Shown here piece by piece: positions 1 through 9,683 of a stretch of DNA of 64,000 nucleotides (positions are counted from its first letter, which is position 1; each line of letters opens with the position of its first letter). Source of the stretch: Bacteriovoracia bacterium (GTDB lineage: Bacteria; Bdellovibrionota; UBA1018; JBFWNL01); assembly GCA_050251055.1 (NCBI GenBank), contig JBFWNL010000001.1, forward strand, positions 619,825 to 683,824. The letters run 5' to 3'. The notes under the pieces were generated by a model, which saw only the letters and a list, made by a program, of their open reading frames with translations, was not told the DNA's origin and did no database searches. The translations under genes and the position numbers were made by a program.

Positions 1-296
1 TCCAGGCCGTTTTCAATCAAACTTTCCGGTTGGTGGGCGCGGAGCAAGGCCTTCTTCACCACGCGGGCGACGGGCTTGGAGTGATAGCGATCGCAAAAAG
101 CGATAGCCTCGGCCACCTCGCCCTTCATGACGAGATCCCGCAGCTTCTCGAAAAACGATATCTCGTTCTGGAGCGGATAAACGACGTAAAGGGCGCGGAT
201 ACGTTCCAATACGATCGCCAACGCAAAGGCGCCCGCTAGGAAAATCGGCGCCACGTGGGCAAGGTGATTCCTAATAAAGTCTAACATCTCGATCAT
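1..296 (-). CDS. MotA/TolQ/ExbB proton-channel family protein (AglR-like), 5' part only; runs off the window
   Basis: Not in the ORF track; translated by hand from ATG at 296 with a GGGAG RBS: MIEMLDFIRNHLAHVAPIFLAGAFALAIVLERIRALYVVYPL...KPVARVVKKALLRAHQPESLIENGL. A TM helix ending in 'IVLER' is typical of TolQ/ExbB/AglR. Confidence 0.8.
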   Translation of the reverse strand, partial: MIEMLDFIRNHLAHVAPIFLAGAFALAIVLERIRALYVVYPLQNEISFFEKLRDLVMKGEVAEAIAFCDRYHSKPVARVVKKALLRAHQPESLIENGL

Positions 297-357
297 ATGG
301 TTCTGTCTCCCTAAAAAGTGTACCCAAAACGGTTTTCAACCAATTTAGTAGTGTAGA

Positions 358-374
358 AGCAAGACTCGAACCAA
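358..374 (-). promoter_or_regulatory. Putative sigma54 (-24/-12) promoter of the MotA/TolQ-like gene
   Basis: Minus strand TTGGTTCGAGTCTTGCT, GG-N10-GC with TTGC, ~60 nt upstream of ATG 296. Confidence 0.5.
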
Positions 375-457
375 AGGGCGAAATGCCGAAGTAGCCGTAA
401 TTCAACAGGCAAAGTCAGATCGGACACATGCAACGCGTTTACACGTGCAGATTTTTT

Positions 458-1531
458 TTACAAAATTAGCATGGCGTCGCCGTAGCTAAAAAAACGATAT
501 CGCTGGCGAATTGCCTCAGCGTACGCACTTAAAATTAAATCCCGACCGGCGAAAGCCGAGACGAGCATCAATAACGACGATTTTGGCAAATGGAAATTCG
601 TTAGTAGGCGATCGACCACCCGAAAGGGCAGGCCATCGGGATGAAAAAAAATCGAAGTGCGCCCGGCACCGCTTCGAATCGCGGACGCGTTCCACGCGCT
701 CTCCAGCGTCCGCACGGAAGTCGTTCCGACGGCCGTCACGCGGCCGGCTTCCCCGCCGGCGCGTTTACGCCGATTGACTGCCTCGGCCACGCTCGGCGAG
801 ATCTCGAACGCCTCTTCATGCATGTAGTGCTCGCGGATATCCGCGGTCTTCACCGGTCGAAACGTGCCGACGCCTACGTGCAAGGTCACCTCGGCCCACT
901 CCGCGCCGCGCGCGGCCAGGCCCGCGAGCACGGCCGGCGTGAAATGCAGCCCGGCCGTAGGCGCGGCGGCCGATCCCAAGGTCTTGGCGTAGACGGTTTG
1001 ATAGTCGACCTCATCCGCCGCGTCCCCCGCTTGAATGTAAGGGGGAAGCGGTAGCATTCCCGCGCCCGCATCCACGGGGTCTTGATCAAAGCGCGCCACC
1101 ACGGTTCCCGCCGACAGATCTGCCTTAACCAACTCCCCCGTAATAAATCCCGCCGGCGAGGGAATGCGAAAACGCAAGCCCGGCTGTTGCCGGGCGGACG
1201 AGCGAAACATGCCTTCCCAGGTCCGTTCGCCTCGCGACTCCAGCATCAGGAATTCGATTTCACCGCCTTCACGCTCCCGGCCCTTTTCCATGAGCACGCG
1301 CCGGCCCAGGAGACGGGCGCGCAGCACCCGCGAGTTGTTCGCCACGAGCAGGTCCCGGGCATCGAAATATTCAGGCAGATCACGAAAAGTCCGATGCTCC
1401 CAGCTTCCCCGGGCGCGGTCCACCACCAGCAGGCGCGAAGCGTCGCGCGGTTGGGCCGGGCGCTGGGCGATCAGCTCATCGGGAAGGGTGAAGTCGTAAG
1501 CATCAAGATCGAAAGGATTGGGCGCGGACAT
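458..1531 (-). CDS. queA: S-adenosylmethionine:tRNA ribosyltransferase-isomerase
   Basis: LPDELIAQ, PLPPYI, YQTVYA, AAPTAGLHFT, TLHVGVGTF, VGTTSVR, TNFHLPKS and FFSYGDAM motifs. Confidence 0.97.
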   Translation of the reverse strand: MSAPNPFDLDAYDFTLPDELIAQRPAQPRDASRLLVVDRARGSWEHRTFRDLPEYFDARDLLVANNSRVLRARLLGRRVLMEKGREREGGEIEFLMLESRGERTWEGMFRSSARQQPGLRFRIPSPAGFITGELVKADLSAGTVVARFDQDPVDAGAGMLPLPPYIQAGDAADEVDYQTVYAKTLGSAAAPTAGLHFTPAVLAGLAARGAEWAEVTLHVGVGTFRPVKTADIREHYMHEEAFEISPSVAEAVNRRKRAGGEAGRVTAVGTTSVRTLESAWNASAIRSGAGRTSIFFHPDGLPFRVVDRLLTNFHLPKSSLLMLVSAFAGRDLILSAYAEAIRQRYRFFSYGDAMLIL

Positions 1532-1544
1532 CGCGCTTCACGAA

Positions 1545-2921
1545 CTACCAAAGTTTACGCAGGACCGCATCCGGATAATAGTGTTTTAGGATCGCGGCCA
1601 TCGACTTGCCCTGCTCACCCATGGTTTTGGCGCCCCACTGGCACATGCCCACCCCGTGCCCGTAACCCTTGCCTTTAAAAACCCAGGTCTGCTTGGCTCC
1701 TCCAGCCGTAACTTCAAACGCCGTGCTTTTCAGCCTTGCCGTACCCAAGCCGTTACGCAAAAGCACCGCCGGTACCGGCCAGCTCACGCGGCGCTCGCCC
1801 AGCTGCCACTGCATCAACACGGACTCCACGCGGCCGGAAGCATCCAACGGCCCCGCGGCCATCTCGCGCAGCTCGCCACGCGCCAAAACATCGGACCAAT
1901 CCGCAGGCCAGGTAGACGGCGCCCCTTCCCGCTTCGCGGCGTCCCGCAGGAGATTCGAAATCTCGCCGCCGCCCACTTCTAGCTCCCAGCGAAAACGCGG
2001 CGACCCCTTGCAATAAGGGCATACGACCCGCCGCTGAAAACCCGGCGTCGACGCGCCCCAAACCTGCTCCGGTACCTGCGTGCTCCCGCCGCAGGTGGAG
2101 TGATAAAAAGCCTTGATCGGAAAGACGCGGGGCTCACGCGAGGAATCCGCGAGAGAAAGAATCATCCCTTCCGTCCGGCTAGCCACCCGTGCCGCTTTGA
2201 AGTGCTCCGAAGCGATACCGTCGTAAACTTGATCCTTCACCGTGGAGTCGAGATCGAAATGCTGGCCCTTTCGGCGAGCGGTAATCAACTGGTGGTACGC
2301 GTACGTGCGCGCCGCCACCACCTGCGCGGCCACCGATTCAGATGCCCACTCGGGCGAAAACTCGGTTCCCACCAAGCCGTCGAGGTACTTTTCGATGTCG
2401 ACGACGTTCACCACGTCACAACGACTTCCGACCGGTTGAATTTTGATCTCATCGCGGTAGGGCCGGCCCAGCGCCGATAGAAATCCCGCTTCGGTGTGCA
2501 CATATAGAGGACCGCGAAACCGCACCGGCGGCGGCACCTTCCCCGCCGGGGCGCCTTCGACTGCTTTCGCGCGTCCCGACACTTCACCGCCGGCGCAGCG
2601 AAACTCCCATTCGCCGATGGCCGCTCCCATCGCCAGCACCCGAGCATAGGCCGAATTTCCGGCCGGCGTACGATTCACCACTTTTTCGTATACCCGCAAA
2701 TCCATGCCCCGGACTTTCACCAAGGATTGCCGATGGGCGATGCGCACGCGGATCGCCGGCTTTTTCACTAAGCTCGGGGCGCCCGCATCGAACGGAACTT
2801 TGGCGGCTTCGGTACGGGATTGAAGAAAGGCGACCAGAGAAAATGCCGCGAACGCGCCGAGAAAATTCGCGCGGCCCCAACTCCATTTGGGTCTTGCCGA
2901 CAAACGCCTCCGTGTTTGCAC
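1545..2921 (-). CDS. SpoIID/LytB-domain lytic transglycosylase-like secreted protein
   Basis: YLDGLVGTE, AQVVAARTYA, DQVYDG, FYHSTCGG and GYGHGVGMCQWGA...ILKHYYP motifs; N-terminal signal/TM segment. Confidence 0.92.
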   Translation of the reverse strand: MQTRRRLSARPKWSWGRANFLGAFAAFSLVAFLQSRTEAAKVPFDAGAPSLVKKPAIRVRIAHRQSLVKVRGMDLRVYEKVVNRTPAGNSAYARVLAMGAAIGEWEFRCAGGEVSGRAKAVEGAPAGKVPPPVRFRGPLYVHTEAGFLSALGRPYRDEIKIQPVGSRCDVVNVVDIEKYLDGLVGTEFSPEWASESVAAQVVAARTYAYHQLITARRKGQHFDLDSTVKDQVYDGIASEHFKAARVASRTEGMILSLADSSREPRVFPIKAFYHSTCGGSTQVPEQVWGASTPGFQRRVVCPYCKGSPRFRWELEVGGGEISNLLRDAAKREGAPSTWPADWSDVLARGELREMAAGPLDASGRVESVLMQWQLGERRVSWPVPAVLLRNGLGTARLKSTAFEVTAGGAKQTWVFKGKGYGHGVGMCQWGAKTMGEQGKSMAAILKHYYPDAVLRKLW

Positions 2922-2972
2922 CGTCGGTTATTGTAACATACTTCAGAATGCGCGAAGCGTTATTATTAAGGA

Positions 2973-3866
2973 TTAGCCCAGGCGAATCCCGGAGCGCGCG
3001 AGCGCTTCTGGGTGCACGAGAACATTATCGATGAGCCGGGTCGCCCCCAAGAAAGCCGCCGCGGCGACGAGGTAGGACCTTCCGCTCTCGGCCGTTTGGG
3101 TCTGGGCGGGAACCAGCTCCGGAGCCTCCATGCACTCCAGATACTGCACGCGAAAACCCGCGTTCGCCAGCATTTCACGGGCGCGCGCCAGCACGACCGG
3201 AATCGGCTCGCCGGCTTCGAGCTTTTCGCCCGCGCGTTTGAGCTCCTGATAAAGGCGGGGCGCGAGCCGACGATCCTCCCCACTCAAGTACCGGTTGCGC
3301 GAGCTCAGCGCCAGCCCATCGGCTTCCCGCACCGTCGCGATCGCCGAAACCTGGGTATCGAGATTCAGGTCTTTCCCCATCTTGTGCAAAACGAAGAATT
3401 GCTGGGCGTCTTTGAATCCAAACAACGCAAGCTGCGGTCGTACCAGCTGGAAAAGCTTGAGCACGACCGTGGTCACGCCCCGAAAATGGCCCGGACGAAA
3501 ACGGCCGCAAAGTTCCTGTGAGAGCTGAGTCTCTTCGACGTAAGTAGAAAAATCGGTCGGGAACAGCGTCGCGGCCGACGGCGCGAAGATCACGTCCACT
3601 TTCTCCTCGCGGCAAACCCGCATGTCTTCGGCCTGGGTCCGCGGATACTTTTCAAAGTCCTCGCCCGGGGCGAACTGCGTGGGATTCACGAAGATCGAGA
3701 CGACGCTTTGCTCGCAGCGCGGCCGGATCTGGCGCATGAGTGCCGCGTGGCCCGCATGCAGCGCGCCCATCGTGGGAACGAAACCCACCGTACCGCCCAC
3801 GGATCGCCGCCAGGCCTTCAGCTCGTCGAGATCCTGGATGACTTTGATCTCTTTACGGTCAGGCAT
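2973..3866 (-). CDS. panC: Pantoate--beta-alanine ligase
   Basis: FVPTMGALHAGH, SIFVNPTQF, RPGHFRGV, GLALSSRNRYL, RLIDN. Confidence 0.97.
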   Translation of the reverse strand: MPDRKEIKVIQDLDELKAWRRSVGGTVGFVPTMGALHAGHAALMRQIRPRCEQSVVSIFVNPTQFAPGEDFEKYPRTQAEDMRVCREEKVDVIFAPSAATLFPTDFSTYVEETQLSQELCGRFRPGHFRGVTTVVLKLFQLVRPQLALFGFKDAQQFFVLHKMGKDLNLDTQVSAIATVREADGLALSSRNRYLSGEDRRLAPRLYQELKRAGEKLEAGEPIPVVLARAREMLANAGFRVQYLECMEAPELVPAQTQTAESGRSYLVAAAAFLGATRLIDNVLVHPEALARSGIRLG

Positions 3867-5145
3867 GGGCTTCCGGTCCCACTTGGGCGCGGTGACGCCG
3901 GAGGGACTCGATGCGGTGGACGAGCTTTTCCGCCACGCGTGCTTTAGGCATGGAAGAGATCTTTTCTACTTCCACCCGCGACAACCACCACCCCTCATTC
4001 GCATCGGACTCGAAGCCTGCCCCCGCGCGAGAGACGTCATTTACGAAAATCGCGTCGCAGCCCTTGGCGGCCAACTTCAGCTTGGCGTTTTCCAAGTGCC
4101 GATCGGTTTCGGCCGCAAAGCCCAGCACGAATTGATGGGGGCGCTTGCGCTGGGCGACTTCGGCCAGGATATCGGGCGTTGCGCGCAAATGAGGCGCAGG
4201 CACCCCATCTTTTCCGGTTTTCTTGATTTTCGTGGGGCTTGCCCCGTCGAACTCCCAATCCAAGACGGCGGCCGTGCTGATAAACACATCGGCGGATGGG
4301 AAGCGCTCGCGAACGGCATCGGCCATTTCGGACGTCGTCGTCACCCAAGTGACCGACGCGCCAGGCGGGAAGCTCAACTCCGAGCTCACGGGACCGCTTA
4401 CCGCCTCGACATCCATTCCGTGCAGAGCGGCCTGCCACGCCAAGGCCACGCCCATTTTTCCACTCGAGCGATTGGTGAGAAAACGCACCGGATCGAGATA
4501 AGAACGTGTCGGTCCCAAAGTCACCAGTAGGCGCGGACGGGGGCCGCCGCGCGTGGCGAGCCGAGCGGAGCGCACGGCCATCTCCGCTAACACGGCATCG
4601 GGCTCGAGCATGCGTCCCGTGCCCGTTTCTCCGCAGGCCATGTCGCCAGCCGCCGGGCCCAGGATCTCGGCTCCCCGCTCGCGCAACGTGCGGAGATTCG
4701 CCTGCACCGCGACGTGCTCGAACATGGCGGGATTCATCGCGGGCGCCAGGAAAAGCGGCGCGCGCGAGGCGAGCACTTCGGTCGCCAGTAAGTCATCGGC
4801 CATCCCATGCGCGAGGCGCGCGATCGTATTGGCGGAAGCTGGCGCCACCAAGATCAGGTCCGCCCAGCGCGCAGTCGCGATATGATGGGTGCCATCCCCG
4901 GCCAGCTCGCCGTCCGCCTGCCAGAATCCCCGCAAAACCTTTTCTCCGGATAGCGTTTCGAGGGTAGTCGTCGTCACGAACTTCTCCGCCGAAGCCGTCA
5001 GCACCACCTTGACCTCCGCGCCGCAATCTTTCAATCCGCGCACGAGATCGACCGCTTTGAACGCGGCGATGCTCCCGCTGACCCCTAGCAGGATGCGTTT
5101 GCCGGAAAAATAGGGTGTGAGGTTATCTCTTAGAAATGGATTCAT
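3859..5145 (-). CDS. coaBC: Bifunctional phosphopantothenoylcysteine decarboxylase/synthetase
   Basis: GVSGSIAAFK, APAMNPAM, LDPVRFLTNRSSGKMG, GFAAET. Confidence 0.96.
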   Translation of the reverse strand: MNPFLRDNLTPYFSGKRILLGVSGSIAAFKAVDLVRGLKDCGAEVKVVLTASAEKFVTTTTLETLSGEKVLRGFWQADGELAGDGTHHIATARWADLILVAPASANTIARLAHGMADDLLATEVLASRAPLFLAPAMNPAMFEHVAVQANLRTLRERGAEILGPAAGDMACGETGTGRMLEPDAVLAEMAVRSARLATRGGPRPRLLVTLGPTRSYLDPVRFLTNRSSGKMGVALAWQAALHGMDVEAVSGPVSSELSFPPGASVTWVTTTSEMADAVRERFPSADVFISTAAVLDWEFDGASPTKIKKTGKDGVPAPHLRATPDILAEVAQRKRPHQFVLGFAAETDRHLENAKLKLAAKGCDAIFVNDVSRAGAGFESDANEGWWLSRVEVEKISSMPKARVAEKLVHRIESLRRHRAQVGPEAHA

Positions 5146-5923
5146 GCAGGTAAACCAGTCCGCGCAAAGTCAGGTCCGGATCGAAGCGATCGATCTCTTG
5201 GGCGATGCCCCTCAGCAGGGCGCTCACCCCGCCGGTAGCGACCACGCGACACTCGCGCGTGCCCAGCTCCGCCTTGAACCTTTGCACCATGCCATCGATC
5301 ATCGAGGCGTAGCCCAACAGAATCCCGCTGCGAAGCGCGTCCTGGGTATTGCTCCCGATCGCGCGTTCCGGCGGCAAGAGCTCGATCGACGGAAGCTTCG
5401 CGGTTTTGCGCGCCAGTGTTTCCATGGAAAGCTCGATGCCCGGCAAGATGGCGCCGCCTAGATATTCGGGACGGTCGCCGCCCCGGCCCGGCGCTACCGC
5501 GCACAGCGTGGTGGCGGTGCCCGAATCGACGATGATCACGGGCGCGCCGCCCTCGCGGACCGCCGCTTCGGCGTTGACCAAGCGGTCGGAACCCACCTGG
5601 TTGCTGGGATTTGCTCGGATAGAAAACGAAAACGGGAGTTGATCGGTCACTTCGTGGAACGCGGCCTTCAATCCGGAGACCTCGGTCCTCCGCCATAGCG
5701 AGCGGTAAGCGCCCGTCACCGGCGGTACCACCGACGAGATCATCGCCGACTTCACGTGGCTGAGCGACAGTCCCTCGCGCATGAAAAGCCCGTCCAGCTT
5801 GAGCTGAAGCTCGTCCGATGTCAGTAAGGGATGCGTGGAAATGCGCCAGGTTCGGCGTAGCTGGCCGTCCACGAAACAGCCGAGCACGGTGTGGGAGTTG
5901 CCGACATCAATGGCTAAGAACAT
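5123..5923 (-). CDS. coaX: Type III pantothenate kinase
   Basis: LAIDVGNS, SSVVP, GSDR, IVDSGTATT, GGAILPG, ATGG. Start moved to ATG 5923 (GGAGG RBS). Confidence 0.95.
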   Translation of the reverse strand: MFLAIDVGNSHTVLGCFVDGQLRRTWRISTHPLLTSDELQLKLDGLFMREGLSLSHVKSAMISSVVPPVTGAYRSLWRRTEVSGLKAAFHEVTDQLPFSFSIRANPSNQVGSDRLVNAEAAVREGGAPVIIVDSGTATTLCAVAPGRGGDRPEYLGGAILPGIELSMETLARKTAKLPSIELLPPERAIGSNTQDALRSGILLGYASMIDGMVQRFKAELGTRECRVVATGGVSALLRGIAQEIDRFDPDLTLRGLVYLHESISKR

Positions 5924-6755
5924 CCGCCCTCCCGTCCGCCGGAGTCGCGGCGCCTTCCGCGCGCGTCCGCTCGACATACTTAGCCACCCCTTGCAAAAAC
6001 GCTTCTCCCAAAGATGCGGTAGGAGTCACGAACCTCGGCACGTGGCCGATGGTCAGCCCCAGCAGGTCGTGCGTGACCAGGACTTGGCCGTCGCAATCCG
6101 TGCCGGAACCAATGCCGATCGTCGGCACTGGCACCGCGCGCGAGATTTCCGCCGCGAGGCCCGCCTCCACGCACTCCAAAACGATGGCGAATGCGCCCGC
6201 GTCGGCGAGATCCCGGGCCGACTGCAATAGAAAGTGGCGTTCGTCGGGGGTCTTACCGTGCATCCGGTAGGTCCCCATCGCGTGGATGCTCTGCGGAGTG
6301 AGGCCGATATGGCCACAGACCGGAATGCCCGCGCGCGAAAGATCGCGTACGAGCTCGGCGACCTCGCTGCCTCCCTCGAGCTTCACCGCCTTCACGCGGG
6401 CTTCCTTCAAGAATCGCCCGGCGTTCGAAATCGCTTGCTCACGGCTTACCTGATAGCTCATGAATGGGAGATCCCCGATCACGAGCGCCCTTCGACAAGC
6501 ATGGCTGACCGCGCGCCCGTGGCGAAGCATGTCTTCCATGGTGACCGAAAGCGTATTGGGCTCGCCATACATGACCGGTCCCAAGCTATCGCCGACCAAG
6601 ACCATGTCCACCCCCGCGCGGTCGATCAGAGTCGCCATCGGGTAGTCGTAGGCCGTGAGCATGCTTAAGCGTTGACGGCCTTTCTGGGCACGGACCCAAG
6701 GTACCGTGACGGGTTTAACGGGGCCGGCGGGGGCCGGTTCTAGGTAACTACTCAT
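5907..6755 (-). CDS. panB: 3-methyl-2-oxobutanoate hydroxymethyltransferase
   Basis: MLTAYDY, LVGDSLG, DLPFMSY, KLEGG, GHIGLTPQ, IGIGSG, DGQVLV. Confidence 0.97.
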   Translation of the reverse strand: MSSYLEPAPAGPVKPVTVPWVRAQKGRQRLSMLTAYDYPMATLIDRAGVDMVLVGDSLGPVMYGEPNTLSVTMEDMLRHGRAVSHACRRALVIGDLPFMSYQVSREQAISNAGRFLKEARVKAVKLEGGSEVAELVRDLSRAGIPVCGHIGLTPQSIHAMGTYRMHGKTPDERHFLLQSARDLADAGAFAIVLECVEAGLAAEISRAVPVPTIGIGSGTDCDGQVLVTHDLLGLTIGHVPRFVTPTASLGEAFLQGVAKYVERTRAEGAATPADGRADVLSH

Positions 6756-7720
6756 AGCTCGGAAACCAGATGTGGTCGTGGGCTGGAAGCAATCGGGCGA
6801 ACGCGGTTTTTTTCGGCGCCAGCGAGCTCCTCACGAATCGTCGCGGCGCCCGCTTCCCACTCGCGTGCGCGCACGTACTCGACGAAGCGGCCATCGAGAA
6901 TTTCGGCAAACTGGCGCGACAGCGCGTCTCGCGCGCCTAGACGTTCCAACCGATCGCGCATAGCGACCGTGCCCACCTTCGCCACTTCGCTAATACGATC
7001 CCAGGTCGCCTGGGGGCCGTCCCCGCGCACGAGACCGGCAATGAGTTCCATCTCGCTTAAGCATTCCTCACGGATCAACGCCTCCGGCACGCCGGCGTCC
7101 CGCATCGCCGCCATGGTCCAGGTCAGAAATGGGAACATCGTCCCGCAAAGCAAGCCCTGCTCGGACATCAAATCGCCGATGGTTTCCTTCTCGAAAGAAG
7201 TCTCCACGATATTCTTAGGCGCAAACCCCAGATCCCGCGCCAATGCGGCGGCTACTTCCCGGCGGTGAAAGGGCGCGCTCGAAGCGGCAACCAGCGTATG
7301 CGTTCCCGTAGAGGACTCGCGACGCGCGTCTTGAAAATGAGAAAGGAGCTTCGGACCGATCGCCTTCGGAGCGAGCAGGATCGGATCGTGGCCCGGCGAA
7401 AGGTCCCGCAGGTCGCCGGCATACACCGCGTAGCCATGCGCGAGCACGATGGCGAGCGGATCCGGAACGCCCGCGAGGAAGTCACGATAAACCTTGCCAA
7501 CTTGCAAATCTGGCAAGAGCATCGCCACCACGCCCGGCTTCGGTCCACGCGCAAGTGACGTCGCCAGCTCAGGGAGCAACGAAACGGAAAACCCAAGCTC
7601 TTGGGCCCGGCGAAAACCTTCGCCCGACCGGTGCAAATAGATATGAACCTCTTGGCCACTTTGGCGGAGACACTGCGCCCAGGCCGACCCCTGACTGCCG
7701 AAACCAACAATGTGAATCAT
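6752..7720 (-). CDS. Divergent ketol-acid reductoisomerase (IlvC-like), probably acting as ketopantoate reductase
   Basis: GFGSQG Rossmann motif, LLPD, AHGY, APK, DLMSEQ and ECLSEMELI match KARI motifs; its stop overlaps the panB start (ATGA-like coupling). Confidence 0.8.
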   Translation of the reverse strand: MIHIVGFGSQGSAWAQCLRQSGQEVHIYLHRSGEGFRRAQELGFSVSLLPELATSLARGPKPGVVAMLLPDLQVGKVYRDFLAGVPDPLAIVLAHGYAVYAGDLRDLSPGHDPILLAPKAIGPKLLSHFQDARRESSTGTHTLVAASSAPFHRREVAAALARDLGFAPKNIVETSFEKETIGDLMSEQGLLCGTMFPFLTWTMAAMRDAGVPEALIREECLSEMELIAGLVRGDGPQATWDRISEVAKVGTVAMRDRLERLGARDALSRQFAEILDGRFVEYVRAREWEAGAATIREELAGAEKNRVRPIASSPRPHLVSEL

Positions 7721-7829
7721 AAAGACCCCCTTTGGCGCTACCCTTGGGGGGGGCTTGTATCACCTGGGTCCCTAGCCGGCAACTTGACGGCCGACACCGC
7801 CTCAGATAACGCTGCGCATTTTTAGAGTT

Positions 7830-8327
7830 TCAGTACTCTTCGCAGCCGACTTCGCCGTACTCGGCTCGACAATTCTTGCCACACTTGATGATACCGTAGG
7901 CTTCCACACAGGAATGGGTGGATTTACGGCCGCAATAGACTTTCCCAAAGCCCACCATGCAACCATAGCCGCACTTACGAATACCGCCAAACTCAAGGCA
8001 GCCCCATCCCTCGCCGCCCCGATTCACCGGTCCGCTGGCGGCGACGATGTTGTCCTGCAGGGAGCGATCTTGCTTCCCTTGCACGTAGCCATCCCGATAC
8101 CCCTTCTCAGTGCCGGCCTTCTGTTTTTCCAAACAGGGCTGGGCCACGCGCAGGTCCATCTCGCGGCTATTGAGTGAGTCATTCATCCCCCGCTTGAACG
8201 CGGCGTCGTAGTTGCAATTCTCTTCCTGATAGCGCTCCTGCATCGAGGCGCAGCCCACTAGGCCACCGGCCGCTCCGGCCAGTAAGATCATGCCGAGCGC
8301 GCGGGAGAAACGGCTACTTCTTCCCAT
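7830..8327 (-). CDS. Hypothetical lipoprotein with a Cys-rich repeat C-terminus
   Basis: Lipobox LVGC; four C-x4-G-x3-C units; overlaps the stop of the SPFH gene. Confidence 0.7.
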   Translation of the reverse strand: MGRSSRFSRALGMILLAGAAGGLVGCASMQERYQEENCNYDAAFKRGMNDSLNSREMDLRVAQPCLEKQKAGTEKGYRDGYVQGKQDRSLQDNIVAASGPVNRGGEGWGCLEFGGIRKCGYGCMVGFGKVYCGRKSTHSCVEAYGIIKCGKNCRAEYGEVGCEEY

Positions 8328-9069
8328 TCAGGAGGGCTCCTACGATCTCTAACGGCAGCGGGAGGACGATCGTGGTGGTTTTCTCGTGCGACATCTGCTG
8401 CACCGTCTGCAGGTAACGCAGCTGCAAGGACATCGGATTTTGGGCCATGGTATTGGCCGCCTGGGAAAGTTTTTCGGAAGCCTGCAGCTCCGCCTCGGAA
8501 GAGATGATCTTCGAGCGACGCTCGCGTTCGGCCTCCGCCTGCTTCGCCATCGCCCGTTGCATCTCGACGGGCAAGTCTACCTGCTTCACTTCCACGTTGG
8601 CGACCTTCACGCCCCACGGTTCGGTCTGCTTATCCAAAATGCCTTGTAGCTTGTGATTGATTGATTCCCGCTCGGCGAGCAACGTATCGAGTTCGACCTG
8701 CCCGAGCACGGAGCGCAGCGTAGTCTGCGCGAGCTTCGAGGTCGCGAGCAGATAATTCTCAACTTCGATCACCGCACGGTTGGGATCGACCACCTTGAAG
8801 TAGATCACGGCGTTCACCTTGATCGTCACGTTGTCGCGCGTGATGATGTCCTGCGGAGGAACGTCCATGGTGATCACGCGCATATCGACGCGCACCATGC
8901 GATCGATAATAGGGATCAAGATGATCAAGCCTGGCCCCTTTGCTCCGATAATACGGCCCAAGCGGAAGATCACTCCCCGCTCATACTCGTTCAAGATCTT
9001 TAAGCTGAAAAAAAGAAAAACGACGATCGCGGCAATAATAAACATAGCGGCTCCTAGCATTGACTCCAT
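8314..9069 (-). CDS. SPFH/band 7 (slipin/stomatin) membrane protein
   Basis: N-terminal [53 protein letters not shown]. Confidence 0.95.
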   Translation of the reverse strand: MESMLGAAMFIIAAIVVFLFFSLKILNEYERGVIFRLGRIIGAKGPGLIILIPIIDRMVRVDMRVITMDVPPQDIITRDNVTIKVNAVIYFKVVDPNRAVIEVENYLLATSKLAQTTLRSVLGQVELDTLLAERESINHKLQGILDKQTEPWGVKVANVEVKQVDLPVEMQRAMAKQAEAERERRSKIISSEAELQASEKLSQAANTMAQNPMSLQLRYLQTVQQMSHEKTTTIVLPLPLEIVGALLNGKK

Positions 9070-9102
9070 CTGCGGCCATCATGGCCGAAAACGGCCCCGA
9101 TT

Positions 9103-9660
9103 TCACCGGGAAATTTGCAAACCCAATTCCTTCGCCACCCGCTGCAAATCTTCCCAAGCGGCTTTCTTCGCCGCGGGATGCGCAAGTAAATGTCCCGGAT
9201 GGTAGGTCGGCACGACGCGAGTACCCCGAAATTCAAAAGTTTCCCCGCGCAGACGCTCTAGCTCGATCGTCGGGTCGGCCAAGGCTAAACGGGCCGCGCC
9301 CGCACCCAAAACTGCGATCACTTTCACTCCGGTGGAAACCAAGTGGCGCCCAAGGCAGTCGGCGCAAACGACCGGCACCACCCCCACTTCATCGCTCTGC
9401 AATCCCATCGCGCCCATCGCGGCGATCATTTTATCGAGAAGCTGTCGCTCCGCTCCCGTCAGCGTGCCTGCCGATGCATCCACGGCGAAAAGCACCCGCC
9501 AACGGGCATCACCAGAAACGGCCTTACCGGCGCACAAAGGGCACGCCGTGGCGTCCTGGACCTGAGAGTTCTGGCTTGCCTTTTTGACGCTGCGTGCCAT
9601 AATCAGCGTGTTTGGGGGGAGGAACCCCTCCCAGTGGGGGGTGGACATGGCCGGCATCAT
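9103..9660 (-). CDS. Degenerate family-4 uracil-DNA glycosylase-like protein
   Basis: CPLC, QLLDKMIAAMG, VLGAGAA, LRG and PTYHP..LL..PAAKKAAWEDL are family-4 UDG features, but the GEAPG motif is absent. Start uncertain. Confidence 0.7.
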   Translation of the reverse strand: MMPAMSTPHWEGFLPPNTLIMARSVKKASQNSQVQDATACPLCAGKAVSGDARWRVLFAVDASAGTLTGAERQLLDKMIAAMGAMGLQSDEVGVVPVVCADCLGRHLVSTGVKVIAVLGAGAARLALADPTIELERLRGETFEFRGTRVVPTYHPGHLLAHPAAKKAAWEDLQRVAKELGLQISR

Positions 9661-9683
9661 GCGGGATAAGCCCTGGATTGTAA

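Noticed and set aside
30-239. 69-aa plus-strand ORF
   Set aside because: Antisense to a recognisable MotA/TolQ/ExbB-family frame on the minus strand.
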